A stretch of 63,847 nt of DNA, the filler included, from Stramenopiles sp. TOSAG23-2 (taxonomy: Eukaryota), in NCBI GenBank assembly GCA_900128395.1. It is 11 parts of 11 records of this genome, joined end to end, with 100 filler letters (N's around TTAATTAATTAA, not from the genome) between each part and the next. Parts side by side here need not be neighbours in the genome. Positions count along the whole stretch, not along the records: positions 17,477 to 23,196 come from LT650604.1; positions 23,297 to 29,012 come from LT650605.1; positions 29,113 to 34,827 come from LT650606.1; positions 34,928 to 40,639 come from LT650607.1; 7 more parts are not named here. The stretch is one strand, 5' to 3'. A program made the translations under genes and the position numbers. Shown here one piece after another: positions 23,044 to 35,087 of the stretch (position 1 is the first letter of the stretch; every line of letters begins with the position of its first letter). Under the pieces are notes generated by a model. That model searched no databases, had not been told where the DNA came from, and was given only the letters and a program-made list of their open reading frames with translations.

Positions 23044-23188
23044 AGGTCACAGTGGGAATCGAACCCACGACTAGAGATGGAAGAATACCTTGTATGTTAG
23101 TGTATGCTTTTTGGAGCATCGTAATTATTATATGGACGTACCCTACTCGGTGTAAACGAGTCGTCATAACCAACTAGACCATGCGACC
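23044..23188 (-). tRNA. trnV-UAC: tRNA-Val(TAC) interrupted by a 71-nt insertion at position 46/47
   Basis: Same tRNA sequence as 22605-22678, split as ...CGAGTAGG | 71 nt | TCGTGGGTTCG... Confidence 0.9.
23071..23141 (-). other. Spliceosomal-type (GT-AG) intron inside a tRNA gene
   Basis: GTACGTCCATATAATAATTACGATGCTCCAAAAAGCATACACTAACATACAAGGTATTCTTCCATCTCTAG: donor GTACGT, branch ACTAAC, pyrimidine tract, TAG. Exact removal restores the tRNA. Confidence 0.8.
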
Positions 23189-23691
23189 AGGTAGAANNNN
23201 NNNNNNNNNNNNNNNNNNNNNNNNNNNNNNNNNNNNNNNNTTAATTAATTAANNNNNNNNNNNNNNNNNNNNNNNNNNNNNNNNNNNNNNNNNNNNAGCA
23301 TGGAAATTACAATTAGTTGGTAGAAGTATCAGATCATTGTCTTCAGCAAGTAATATTAATTTGAAATCGGATGTTAAAACGTGAAAAAAAAAACACACAC
23401 ACACACAACATCATATTTTGTTCAAAGATTTGTATAAATGGTGGTTATTTACGCAAAAAAAAGAGCATCTCTTTTTAAAGATTAAAAATGAAATGTGAAT
23501 TTTTTTTTACTTCTAATTCGCTTACAAAATTAGAGACACAGAAAAATTATTTTATATGTACGCGTAAAATATTATATATAGAATAATTATTACTCGTACT
23601 CTCGTACAATATAATTTACGAACAATAATACTTCGTAGATATTAGTGCGCATTAATATTATAATTATTATGCGATGATTGTATGCTCTCTT

Positions 23692-24729
23692 TTATTCTGA
23701 CGACTTGCTATCGACAGTACCACCACCACCACCATTACTAAAAAATTCACAAACTGTATCTGCACAATCATCAACATAAAATTTATGGTGTTCTCCTGGC
23801 ATGATTTCATATTTACATAATTTTCCAATATCTCCATTAGTTAATATTTTCCATTCTTTTTCAAATTTTTTCAAATCGACTTCATCATCTTGCTCATAAT
23901 TACGTGCATAAGTAGGAATGGAAAATGCATTTAATTTTTTTAAAACTGCGCTATTTCCATTTTTATTGTAACGAACAATGGCACCATCACACATTTGTTG
24001 ATATATATGATATGCAAAACCTTTGACTCGATACATTGCTAAACATACCGATAACCCATCTGGATCACCACCTTCCCTTACTTGATCTTTGGCCCTATCT
24101 CCATATAATTTTTTTTTCACAAGATAAGGAGCAACTAAAGCACCCACTGTATCTCTTAAACAACAGAAGTAATTTATTTTTTTTGCCAACATCAATGTCT
24201 TGTAACCACCACTAGTAGTATCAAACCCCCCAAGTTGTCCAGAAATCAATGCAAGCCTTTCACAATATTGACGATTTGACTGCAAAAAATGGGTCGCGAT
24301 GAAACATCCAAGTGAAAATCCCATAAAATTAACTTTTTTATATCCAAGAATATCTAACATTTGTTTGATTTGTGATCCCCATAACTCAAATGAATTGCGC
24401 TCCGAAAAGACTTGATCTGATAAACCCATGTTAAACCTATCAAAAATAATAACAGGGCCGTTACAAAGTGTTTGCATTTTTATTGCAAAATTTTTATAAA
24501 ACATAGATGTTCCAGTCCCGCCTATGCAAAGTAAAATGGGCACTTTCTTTGATACATCTTTTCCATATACACGACACCACATTTTCCCTTGCTTTAGTTG
24601 CAATACTTCCACATCTGGTATTTTATAAAAAGTTCTTAATGTTTCTGTATTTAATATGTCTTCACCAGGATATTTTTCTTTATCTACAATTATATAAGAA
24701 TCTGATGATGGTCCAACTTTTCTCGACAT
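23692..24729 (-). CDS. Alpha/beta hydrolase
   Basis: FDRFNMGLSD, nucleophile elbow GFSLG, late His (GEHH). Confidence 0.85.
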   Translation of the reverse strand: MSRKVGPSSDSYIIVDKEKYPGEDILNTETLRTFYKIPDVEVLQLKQGKMWCRVYGKDVSKKVPILLCIGGTGTSMFYKNFAIKMQTLCNGPVIIFDRFNMGLSDQVFSERNSFELWGSQIKQMLDILGYKKVNFMGFSLGCFIATHFLQSNRQYCERLALISGQLGGFDTTSGGYKTLMLAKKINYFCCLRDTVGALVAPYLVKKKLYGDRAKDQVREGGDPDGLSVCLAMYRVKGFAYHIYQQMCDGAIVRYNKNGNSAVLKKLNAFSIPTYARNYEQDDEVDLKKFEKEWKILTNGDIGKLCKYEIMPGEHHKFYVDDCADTVCEFFSNGGGGGTVDSKSSE

Positions 24730-25248
24730 AGTATTGTTGTTATATATTACTATTATTATTATTAAACAAAAAAAAATGACTATGTATCTATATTTATATA
24801 TAATATTACGTTCGTATCAGACACACTGCATACACAAAAATAAAAATACAACACCAATTGCATTTAGTTACATACTGATGTATACACACGCAAATTAAAA
24901 TGTAACAACAAATCTATCAACAACAACAATGTTTTTTATATTATTTGTTGTTACGTAGACGCGAAGACCGACAGAGATAGAAAAATAGCATTGAAATAGG
25001 CTTGCCAGGGCTTGCTGGCTTGCCCAGGGCTTGCTAAACTAATGATGATCTTGAAATACAGAAAAAATACATACACATACAATTATTACTGAATTATTAT
25101 AATCTAAATAAATATTTCAAAAAATATATATATTATTTACTGAGACGAATTTGTAAGGTGTATATATATATATATATATACACACGTTTTTCTAGAAAAG
25201 TACAAGCCATATATTTTCCTAGTCTTAAATATTATATTCTATTTTTTT

Positions 25249-28200
25249 TTATATACCATTTGGTATGGCTTCTGAATATTCATTAACTAATCGTTGCAAG
25301 ACCCTATTAGTAGACATTTCTTTTAAAACACCTTTTAATAAATGATGTCGTGAAAGACCTAATATATGTGTTCTCCATCCTGGAAGTGGAACAGCAGGTC
25401 CTAATAATTCACTACATAATTCTTTTAATCGTTCAATTGATTCCGGGCTACCACTACGTGCAAGGAATTTTGCATACGAATTGAGCCATGATTTATATTC
25501 ACTTGGACTTTCTAATAACAGACAACACGCCAATTGATGTTCTAAATGGGCACGCGTTTCTATCCATTGCGTATCTAATGTCAAGACACCATCTCCAGAT
25601 GTTCCAGCTGCTGAACGCATGACTTCATATGTACTTATACCAGCACATGCCGTTTGCACTGAATTTAATGTACCGACACTATCAATCACGTTGCCATATG
25701 AAAGCGGGCTGAAGAAATTTGATCGAACAAAGTGATCGTTCCCAACTGGTGACCATGATTGCATGGAATAATTATATGCAAAAACTTGAGCCAAACGCGA
25801 ATCATTGTTACTAGTTGCAGTAGCAACGATAGTCACAAGTGGTGTTGGACGATTAATTCCATGTTTCAACGACACGTTGTTTATTTTTGCGTTTACGAGA
25901 ATATCATTACCAGCTGCTTCGTTGCCATCTTCCTTTCTTGCATTATGTATTAACTTTGATCTCAATTGAGAAGCTACCATGCCAATGAGGCGACCAAGTC
26001 CATTGCGATCATGTACAAGCAAACGTGCAGAAGATGCATCCCAAATCCGCATCTCACTATCACATGATATACCAAGAATAAAGTTAGATGAATTGTTATT
26101 GTTGGTTCTACTATTAGCACCACCTCCGCTACTACCACTATCGCCTAATAATGTAGATATTCGATTATTGTTGCCACTAACACATTCTAAAAATGCTAAC
26201 GGGTTTGGCAAAATAATTGGCGCACATTTACGCCTACCAGCATTTGTATAAATTAATACTTCTCCAGTTGTCATTGCAATACATGAAAATCTATCATTGC
26301 CACATAATAAGCTACCACGACCACGTATTTGATCACGCCAACAGACATCACCACCACATGATAATGTTAAAATTGTATTTGATAAGCAATCAAATTCAAC
26401 ACCTAAATCCTCTTTAGCAGCATTTGTATTTGCATTTCCATTGCCACTAGTACCACTTACACCATTACTACTAGGTGGAGTCGTATCGGCAGTAGTAGTA
26501 GTAGTAGTTGTTGTTGTTGTTGTTGGCACTGTACTTGCAGCAGCAGTTGTCACTGTTGACGCCGCCGAATTAGATGAAATAGATACACTATCGCCAGGTG
26601 CTACTACTCTATAGCTTAATGATAAAATTTTAGAACGTCTTGCATTCCCATTTGTACCTGTTGCAGTATTAACTAAAGCTAAACCATTCATGATATTGTT
26701 TGTATTACTATTATTGCCATTGTCAATAAATCGATATCCAATGACAGTTGCATATGTTAAGCGCCTGGCAGGTGCTTCTAATTGATAGGCATTCATCATT
26801 AATTGCCTATTCATCATCATCATCATATTTAGATTTTGATTCAAATTCAAACCATTTGGATTATTACTACCGTTCATCATATTATTATTATTATTGATAC
26901 CATTTATTTGCGCATTATTATTATTATTACTACTACTTTTATCTTGCTTGGACCGTTTACTCGCGCCCCCATTTAAAGAACGGTTTCTTTTCCTACTTGG
27001 TACTGCAAATGTTTTTGACTTAGGTCTTTTTTTCGCTGAGGATGAGGTACCAGATTTTCCATCGTCGTCATCGTCGTCATCATCGTCATCCATCCTGCTG
27101 CTGTTCTTGCTACGATTTGATTTTGCAGAAACACTTTTCATCAATTCAGTTATTGTCGTAACTTTCCCACTATTATTACTATCGAGTGGATTCAATGAAT
27201 TGCCACTACCACTTTTGTTATTACTATTACCCATGGGCCTTGTTATAAGCACTGGCCTTATTCTCTTTTTGCCATTTTTCTTTGAGACCTTTTGCATTTT
27301 ACGCACAGGGCTATTGGTTGATTTGAATGATTGTAAAACAATGCCCTCCGTTGAGCTGGACTGCACCTTCCCTTTTTCTTTACGCATGTATGCAGTAGCT
27401 TCATCATATGTCATCGTAGGTTGGTCAGGATTTAAATTAGCAGAGTTTCCACTGCCAAAACCAAATGGGTTATTATGACTATTTTGACTATTGCTGTTTG
27501 ATCCTTCTGAGTCATTTGCTCCTTCAAATACTAATTGCACAGTGTTTTCCACTAACATGGCATCACCTAAATCATAATTCGTATCACCATATAATTGTCG
27601 CAATAAATATGCATGATCTTCCAACGATACAACCTTTCCGATTTCATCGCCTTGAAAACGAACAACTAATATATGTCCACTTAGCGATGATGCTACTAAC
27701 GTTTTTCCATCTTTAATTGACCATGCCAAATCTGTTATAGCACTATTTAATGCTTTCTTTAAAACAACTATTGGCTTTTCCGCGGATGTCATCCAAACGC
27801 TAATGGTGCCTTCAAAATCACCAATTGCACAGCAAGTCACAGCATTTTTTTGTAATGATTTCCGTGCAACTTTTAATTTTTTCTTCTTTTTTTTATTTTT
27901 TTTTAACAAGATCCTATTATTAAATCGAGATGCAATTACAGGTACATTGTGACCTACTAACTCGCATCCATCCGTCCATGTGTTGCGATCAATTATTACT
28001 GCGCAATGTGCAGAATTTTTAAAAGCAAGTGTACCACAAATATTTCGCCCATCAGGAGACCAAGAAATACGACGTACCACATTTCCACTACTACGTTTGC
28101 CACTATTGAAAGGCTTAGTAACTTTACCCTCGCATTTCCAATCCGTCGTTCTCCATATATTCATTACGTTATCGCTACCAACACTAGCTAAATATTTACC

Positions 28201-28902
28201 AACAGGATCCCATGCTAATCCTTTTACCCATCCTTCATGCCCGGTTAATTTTGCCAATGGTTGATGCAAAACAAATCGACCAATCGTAGTATTATTAATT
28301 GCCCATACTAAAATTGTATTATCAACGCTACAAGATGCAAGTTTCGAATCGTCTGGTGCCCATGCAAGATCTTGTACATCTGAACTATGTCCCATACATG
28401 TCAATAATCTCGTCCATTCTTCCTTTACAATAGCTTTTTTCGCACTTTTAGGCTTATTACTGTTATCGCTTTTTTCACCATTGGTATTATCATCTGTCTT
28501 TTTTTCATTGGTATTGCTTTTATCATTTTCAGAGCTTGTTGTTGTTGTTTCACCATTGCTTTCAATAACTGGTGTAGCTTGTTGAGTTTGTTGCCTCATC
28601 CATATCGTAACATTTGTATCATCACTTCCACATGCTAAAAAAACACCATTTGAAGACCATCTAACACATGTAATAGCTCTTGTATGACCGCCTTGACATA
28701 CCGCCAATTGTTTTGGAAACATATTGTTTTCTTTTTCAGCTTCTTTATCAATAATTGGTTTCATAGACCAAATTCTAGCTACGCTATCTCCCGCACCAGT
28801 TGCAATTCTTGTACCATCTGGATGGATATCTACTGAATATATAGTTGCTAATTTGCCATTCTCTTGCTTATGTTGCACCCACAACGGTTTCTCGATGATC
28901 AT
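25249..28902 (-). CDS. HIRA: Histone chaperone HIRA/Hir1
   Basis: MIIEKPLWVQH start, WD40 repeats, B-domain KNGKKRIRP, C-terminal Hira domain TRAHLEHQL...SPSEYKSWL. Confidence 0.95.
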   Translation of the reverse strand: MIIEKPLWVQHKQENGKLATIYSVDIHPDGTRIATGAGDSVARIWSMKPIIDKEAEKENNMFPKQLAVCQGGHTRAITCVRWSSNGVFLACGSDDTNVTIWMRQQTQQATPVIESNGETTTTSSENDKSNTNEKKTDDNTNGEKSDNSNKPKSAKKAIVKEEWTRLLTCMGHSSDVQDLAWAPDDSKLASCSVDNTILVWAINNTTIGRFVLHQPLAKLTGHEGWVKGLAWDPVGKYLASVGSDNVMNIWRTTDWKCEGKVTKPFNSGKRSSGNVVRRISWSPDGRNICGTLAFKNSAHCAVIIDRNTWTDGCELVGHNVPVIASRFNNRILLKKNKKKKKKLKVARKSLQKNAVTCCAIGDFEGTISVWMTSAEKPIVVLKKALNSAITDLAWSIKDGKTLVASSLSGHILVVRFQGDEIGKVVSLEDHAYLLRQLYGDTNYDLGDAMLVENTVQLVFEGANDSEGSNSNSQNSHNNPFGFGSGNSANLNPDQPTMTYDEATAYMRKEKGKVQSSSTEGIVLQSFKSTNSPVRKMQKVSKKNGKKRIRPVLITRPMGNSNNKSGSGNSLNPLDSNNSGKVTTITELMKSVSAKSNRSKNSSRMDDDDDDDDDDGKSGTSSSAKKRPKSKTFAVPSRKRNRSLNGGASKRSKQDKSSSNNNNNAQINGINNNNNMMNGSNNPNGLNLNQNLNMMMMMNRQLMMNAYQLEAPARRLTYATVIGYRFIDNGNNSNTNNIMNGLALVNTATGTNGNARRSKILSLSYRVVAPGDSVSISSNSAASTVTTAAASTVPTTTTTTTTTTTADTTPPSSNGVSGTSGNGNANTNAAKEDLGVEFDCLSNTILTLSCGGDVCWRDQIRGRGSLLCGNDRFSCIAMTTGEVLIYTNAGRRKCAPIILPNPLAFLECVSGNNNRISTLLGDSGSSGGGANSRTNNNNSSNFILGISCDSEMRIWDASSARLLVHDRNGLGRLIGMVASQLRSKLIHNARKEDGNEAAGNDILVNAKINNVSLKHGINRPTPLVTIVATATSNNDSRLAQVFAYNYSMQSWSPVGNDHFVRSNFFSPLSYGNVIDSVGTLNSVQTACAGISTYEVMRSAAGTSGDGVLTLDTQWIETRAHLEHQLACCLLLESPSEYKSWLNSYAKFLARSGSPESIERLKELCSELLGPAVPLPGWRTHILGLSRHHLLKGVLKEMSTNRVLQRLVNEYSEAIPNGI

Positions 28903-29539
28903 TTTGACGTTCTTTTCCTTTCTCTATGTCTTAGATGCATCGATAATCTTTGATTACTTAGACTAAATGTATATATATATATATATATATATCACATTCT
29001 CTATTTTATTATNNNNNNNNNNNNNNNNNNNNNNNNNNNNNNNNNNNNNNNNNNNNTTAATTAATTAANNNNNNNNNNNNNNNNNNNNNNNNNNNNNNNN
29101 NNNNNNNNNNNNACTTTATGTTAATAATCCTTAAAATGAGGACCCTTGTGACGTAACAACTAATGTATAGGGGATATTATTTATACTAAGTGCAGTAGAA
29201 CTTCTCTGGACACCAGAGGCATTTCCAGGTCCAAATCTACGTTTTCCCAGGAAAGCCTCTGGTTCAGAACGCCAACTTTCCCACTATTCAGTGCTATTTT
29301 TTTGCTGTTTTTCTACTTTAAGGTCAATTCGTGTATACTAACTGCATCACAAGATAAAAACTATATGCACATATATCTAATATTATCCATCATATAAATA
29401 GTCAATAGAAATATATACTTTTCAAAACAACCAAAGATCATCAAAAAAAAAAAAGGCAGTATAAAACCTTGTTGTGGCAAATTGCAACGCATTTCTTCAT
29501 ATTAATATCTTAACATTCTCTATTATATTCATTAATACA

Positions 29540-31174
29540 ATGCCATCATCAATATGGATGAACAGAATTGCATCATGGACTGTAGTAGTAGTAGTAGTGG
29601 CAATGATTACACTTTCTTCACATGTATCCTCTCAGCCTCTAAATAATAACAACATGTTAATGTTTGGGGAAAACATTGAACAAGGTGGACCTTGTCCTTT
29701 TCAACCAGCACAATTACTTGAATTGCCAGATCCATTACCTAAAAGCATGACAGATGCATTTGATAATATAACAGAATATCTATCCAAATATTTAAATAAT
29801 GTTACTGTCCCAAGTATTGCAGGGTCAGTTACATACCGTGGGAAAGAAATATATAATATTAAAGTAGGAACTATTGATAAGAAAACAAATACGCCTCCTG
29901 AGTTAGACACGATATATAGCATTGGAAGTGTCACAAAGGTATTGCCTATTTTACAAATGTACATGTTATTGCAAGATGGTAAAATTGACTCTCTCGATGA
30001 TGAATTAAGTAAATACGCTCCAAAATTTTCCATGCCAAATCATTTTAGTGATTCACAACCAACACTTCGTCAAATTGCATCGCAATTAGGTGGACTACCA
30101 CGTGAAGCTCCTTGTGATCAACCTTTAGTTTGTAACATTTCAAATGCTGACATGTTAAATCGTTTATCAACTGTGCCATTGATACGTGAACCAAATACAT
30201 ACCCGTCCTATTCTAATCTTGGATACGCACTATTGGGAAGAGAGTTAACTGCGTATGCTGCACCTGATTTAACATTTGAAGAGTGGGTACAAAAATATAT
30301 TTTTGATGTATTAGGAATGAAAAACAGTGGCTTTGAATATAATGAAAAAATTATATCAAAAATGGCAACATCTTATGCTCAAAATGGCGAGCCTTATCCA
30401 AAAGGAGTTGTACAAAATAAAGTTGGTTGGGCGGCACCATGTGGTTCTGCATATTCAACCGTTGAAGATTTAAATATATTATCTAATGCAATCATGACGA
30501 ATGATATGTTTACACTGGCAAGGGAAGATTTTTTATTAAATCCTGTGTTTTTAAACAGTGGAGGGCAAACACTCTTTGGAACACCATGGGAAATGGCATT
30601 TGATGCAGCTACTGGTACGTTGGTTCGTCGAAAAGGTGGTAATTTAGCTGGTTTCAGCACCTTATTTTCTTTTATTCCAGAATTAGAAATAAGTGGTAAT
30701 TTTGTATTCAGTGGACAAACAGATGAATTTGGCGCATCAAAATTTTATGAAATGCTTTTGCCTCCACTCTACGATACGTTAAAATTATTACAGCAATTTC
30801 CACCAATGCCAACAGAGGATGAAATGGACTATTATGTTGGTACTTATTCTACTGGACCTAACGGTGGCAAACTTGTCATAAAAACAGCAGAAATAGCTAC
30901 ACAAGGTGGTGAAAAGAAAAAAGTGTTGATATTAAATATTTTAGGAACTAATGTACTCTTAAGAAATTCAGGGTTGCCATCTAGTAAAGACGGACCAGCT
31001 GTAAAATCATTAGCAATTTACATTCCAAAAGAGTTATTAGGTTGTCTAGCTTTTGAATTAGGTGCACTTGATAGTGAATACGTTTATTTTGGCACTGCTT
31101 CGGAAAAAAATGACGCTGGTTACGTAGAAGTACCTGGATATTTGCCTGGGATTACGTATCATAGAGAAAAGTAA
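29540..31174 (+). CDS. Secreted beta-lactamase-family serine hydrolase (LACTBL1-like)
   Basis: Signal/TM segment; IGSVTK (SxxK), PSYSNLGY (YxN), KGG in the third motif position. Confidence 0.85.
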   Translation: MPSSIWMNRIASWTVVVVVVAMITLSSHVSSQPLNNNNMLMFGENIEQGGPCPFQPAQLLELPDPLPKSMTDAFDNITEYLSKYLNNVTVPSIAGSVTYRGKEIYNIKVGTIDKKTNTPPELDTIYSIGSVTKVLPILQMYMLLQDGKIDSLDDELSKYAPKFSMPNHFSDSQPTLRQIASQLGGLPREAPCDQPLVCNISNADMLNRLSTVPLIREPNTYPSYSNLGYALLGRELTAYAAPDLTFEEWVQKYIFDVLGMKNSGFEYNEKIISKMATSYAQNGEPYPKGVVQNKVGWAAPCGSAYSTVEDLNILSNAIMTNDMFTLAREDFLLNPVFLNSGGQTLFGTPWEMAFDAATGTLVRRKGGNLAGFSTLFSFIPELEISGNFVFSGQTDEFGASKFYEMLLPPLYDTLKLLQQFPPMPTEDEMDYYVGTYSTGPNGGKLVIKTAEIATQGGEKKKVLILNILGTNVLLRNSGLPSSKDGPAVKSLAIYIPKELLGCLAFELGALDSEYVYFGTASEKNDAGYVEVPGYLPGITYHREK

Positions 31175-31877
31175 AAACATTCTTTTTTTCCCACAATATC
31201 ATACTGGGAGTATCATACAGAGTACACAGAGTGTCTTTCTTTTATTGTTATATCATATTAATACTTCGGACGAATTATATTATCAATTTTTGAGTAAAAA
31301 AAATTACGAACTACGAGTATGACCATTATGATTAAAAAAATAAAAAATTAAAAATATTAAAATGCATTTTTTATTAAAAATTACGTCCGTATTTTAAAAA
31401 TAATGTTCGTGTACCTTTTTTTAAAATTTTATTTTTTCAAAAATCTCTCTCTCTGTCTTATTGTAATATGACATACATACATCTATCTATTAATATATAA
31501 ACATGTGTCCCACGCGTGTATATTAATATAAATTAGATATATATTTATTCATTTTTTTTATTCTTCATCTAAAATTATGGCTGATCCTAATGCTGTGTCC
31601 ATATTAATATAGAAGCAATATTTGGCATATTTTAATTTGTATGGTGTGCCTATTTTTGTCATCATGCAAAGGAAAAAAATGAAACGATTCTCAAGAAAAA
31701 ATGTCTGAGATTATTTCCCTATATAATTATATATATTCTAATAAGTATAAATTATTCAAACACCGGTTAGTGCGGTTTATTAATAAACATGATATACGAA
31801 GTGTATATAGTAAAACATTTAAAAAATCACATACTCGGTAACAATTTACACTACACTGCCACCCCCCCACACACACT

Positions 31878-34827
31878 TTACCGATTATTAATCCTACCAA
31901 GCAACTGTTCCAACGTAACAATATTACGTTGTGACAATGCTTGTTGTTTCTTAACTTTTCTCATCGATGTTCCATTACCACGACGGTGACCAAAAGCATT
32001 TTCTTTGCTTTCGCTTTTTGCTTTGCGTTTTAATAATCGCAATACACCACTTAAACGTTTCATTAAATCTTTACTTTTAGATAAGTTTCTTGCAAATTCT
32101 TCATCTTTACATACATCAGCAATTAAATATAAAATTTGTCTTAAGCGAATAGGTTGATCTCGGAATGTTTGTAATAATTCAACAAGCGTTTCAATTCTAT
32201 ATTCTCGTGATGGTGAAAAATTATTTAAAATAATTTCAAACGATGAAACTTGACGTAGTACATTCAAAGCATGTGATAATACTGCACGATGTGGTTCGCT
32301 ACGATTGCATGAGCGTATTAGTCTATAAATAATTGCAACAGCGCCTTTTTCTACAAATCGTTTTGCACATACATGACTAATCTTTGTGGAGACTTCCAAC
32401 GTCACTGCCGCTCGTTTGACACCACTTAAATTGTTAGATGTCAATAAAACGTTTAATGCAACATCCGTTCTATTCCCAAGCTTTTCCTCTTCTTTACCCC
32501 GTTCTATAGCCTTTTGTACTCGAATACGCGCTTCAATTAAAAGATTTGAACTTCTTCTTCGCGCAATAATACCACGAATAACAGATTGAAGTTTTAAAAT
32601 ACATTTTTTCTTAAATCGTACATGTCGTTTTGCAATAATGATCTGTGTGAATTGTTGTAAAATTTTAACACTTTTGGATACTTTATATGATTTATAAAGT
32701 CTACGTATTACATTTGCTGCATTTACACGTTGAATATATTGATCCTCTTCATATTTTTTGTATGTTTTTAACAATACATATTGTTTTCTAGCTCTACTTC
32801 CACGATATATTTTTTGAAATAATATTGCCGCTTTCTCTTTCATTTTTATTAATCGCAGTGATACAATCCTTAAATACCATTTTTGTAAACATACAGACGC
32901 ATTTTTTACTTTCATAAATGTTTGTTTTTGAATAAATCGACGTACAAAACACTGTATTGTTACTATGTTGGTTTTCAATGATTGGTATTTTTGAAATGCT
33001 TTTCTTGCACGATATATTGTTTGTATTTGAATGCATGATGATTTAATATTTGCATAACGCTGATTAAAACGTAATTGGCGATATTTATTTTGAATGATAA
33101 TTGCTGCATTACGCTTCTGTAGAAATGATTTACGAGCATTATACATACGTACAATGGATTGGATCTTTATCGATGCAGCTTTATACGCTTTGAAACGTCG
33201 GCGGGCAAATGATTTGCGCCACATTGTTTGTAACTTTACAATTGATATTTTTTCGCTAAAACCTTTTTTTCTGGTAACGTATCCACGGAATATACTTTGA
33301 ATTAAACAGGTAGATTTTAATTTATATGCTTCTTTTGCCATTTGAAGTTCATGTAATCGCTGTTTAGCAATAAATGTTCGCACGCATTGTTGCATTAATA
33401 CAATTTTCGACTTTATCGACATGTATTTTGTTTGGCGATTTGCTTTACGAATGAAGCTTTGAATTTTAACAATTGATGATTGCTGTTTTTTATATTTCTT
33501 TTCTGCTATATTTTTACGAATAACTAATTGTATTTGTATTATACATTTCAACATTATATTGTAGTTTTTCATTGCAATATATTTACGCATAAAACTTTGA
33601 ATTTTTATTGCATTATGTTTCATTTGATGAAATTTGAAATACGATTGACGCATACGTGTAACCTTTTGTATAGTAGATGCTGCATGATGTTGTTTCATTT
33701 CCATTTGCTTAAATAATGTTTGTTTTAATACTTTCGCTTGACATGATCGTACAAATGTTTGCATTTGTACAATACATTTCAACATCATTTTATATTTTTT
33801 AGCGACAACATATTTACGCATAAAACTTTGAATTTTTATTGCATTATGTTTCATTTGATGAAATTTGAAATACGATTGACGCATACGTGTAACCTTTTGT
33901 ATATTAGATGCTGCATGATATTGTTTCATTTCCATTTGTTTAAATAATGTTTGTTTTAATGCTTTCGCTTGACATGATCGTACAAATGTTTGCATTTGTA
34001 CAATACGTTTCACGATATTTTTAAATTGTAATTTATTAACAAATCCACGAATACGTTTTTGTAAAACAATACCTGCAACTTGCATTTGTTGATATTTATT
34101 CATCAAAAGATATTTTCGAAAATATGTTTGAATCTTAATTACACTATATCTTCGTGACATATATTTTTTATGTTCCATTTTTCTCCTAAATGCAGTTTGG
34201 ATTTTTAATACGGAATGCATTTTCACACGATGGGTTTGCAACAACAGTTGAAATTTTGCTTGTTGCAACTTCATTCGCAACGTTTTTTGCAGAAATACAC
34301 ACATCTTCTTCGTCAATTTAAATACTTTTTTACATTTAAATGTTCTAAATAGACTTTGAAACAAAAGTATAGAGCGTTGAAATCTATGTTTACGCTGTTG
34401 AATCAAATTCCTTGCAAAAGCATTTTTAATTATCATTCCAGATGCTCTATGTTTTAAAAGCATTTTTTTACGATAAAATAATCTCCATACACCTTGTAAT
34501 TTAACGGCAGCATGGATTTCTTTAGATGATTCTAACAATCTTGAGCATAAATAAGCAACGCAAACTACTACGGATTTTTCCTCTGGAACATATTCGGAAC
34601 AATAATCATCATTAAGTGTAGCTGGTACAGATCCTAAGGATTTGATTGCATTATTAAAGTTATTAAAATTTTCGCTCTCATTTGAAATAATCTTTGCATA
34701 TTTATGTGCTGGTAATTCAACATCTGAATCAAACGCATCATCGCACCAACGGTTATCATTCAATTTTGTAGCATATGATTTAAAACAATTTATCATTGAA
34801 AAATTTGAAAATTTTACAAATGTTGAT
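31878..34827 (-). CDS. ASPM: Abnormal spindle protein (IQ repeats + C-terminal ARM-like region), 5' partial
   Basis: End of CH domain (PEEKSVVVCVAYLCSRL), many IQxxxR repeats, KLGNRT..AL..LL and LIRSCNRSEPH. Confidence 0.9.
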
Positions 34828-34927
34828 NNNNNNNNNNNNNNNNNNNNNNNNNNNNNNNNNNNNNNNNNNNNTTAATTAATTAANNNNNNNNNNNNNNNNN
34901 NNNNNNNNNNNNNNNNNNNNNNNNNNN

Positions 34928-35087
34928 ATTCTTGCAAGTGTTTAATCGTTGGTATTATTGAACGTACACGCGTATCATCCGTGATTTTCGTCGGGTCTTG
35001 TTTATCCAACGGTGCATTTAAGTCCGCACGTACAAATACACGTGTACCACGTAATACATTGATATTTTTTAATGATTTTTTCAACAT
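34928..35087 (-). CDS. PGK: Phosphoglycerate kinase N-terminus, 3' partial
   Basis: [12 protein letters not shown]...[17 protein letters not shown]. Confidence 0.9.

Larger units (their letters stand above)
22357..23196. repeat. Direct duplication 22357-22686 / 22796-23196 containing tRNA-Val
   Basis: By eye the copies are identical except for the 71-nt insertion in the second. Confidence 0.9.

Noticed and set aside
23071-23141. Canonical tRNA intron
   Set aside because: Not at 37/38; the anticodon arm is intact and the insert has GT-AG and branch-point signals instead
22397-23173. ORFs starting MVMTTRLHRVG
   Set aside because: Spurious translations of the tRNA-Val genes and their flanks
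29540-31174. Antibiotic-resistance beta-lactamase
   Set aside because: Eukaryotic LACTBL1-like serine hydrolases share these motifs; nothing indicates resistance function or a mobile context
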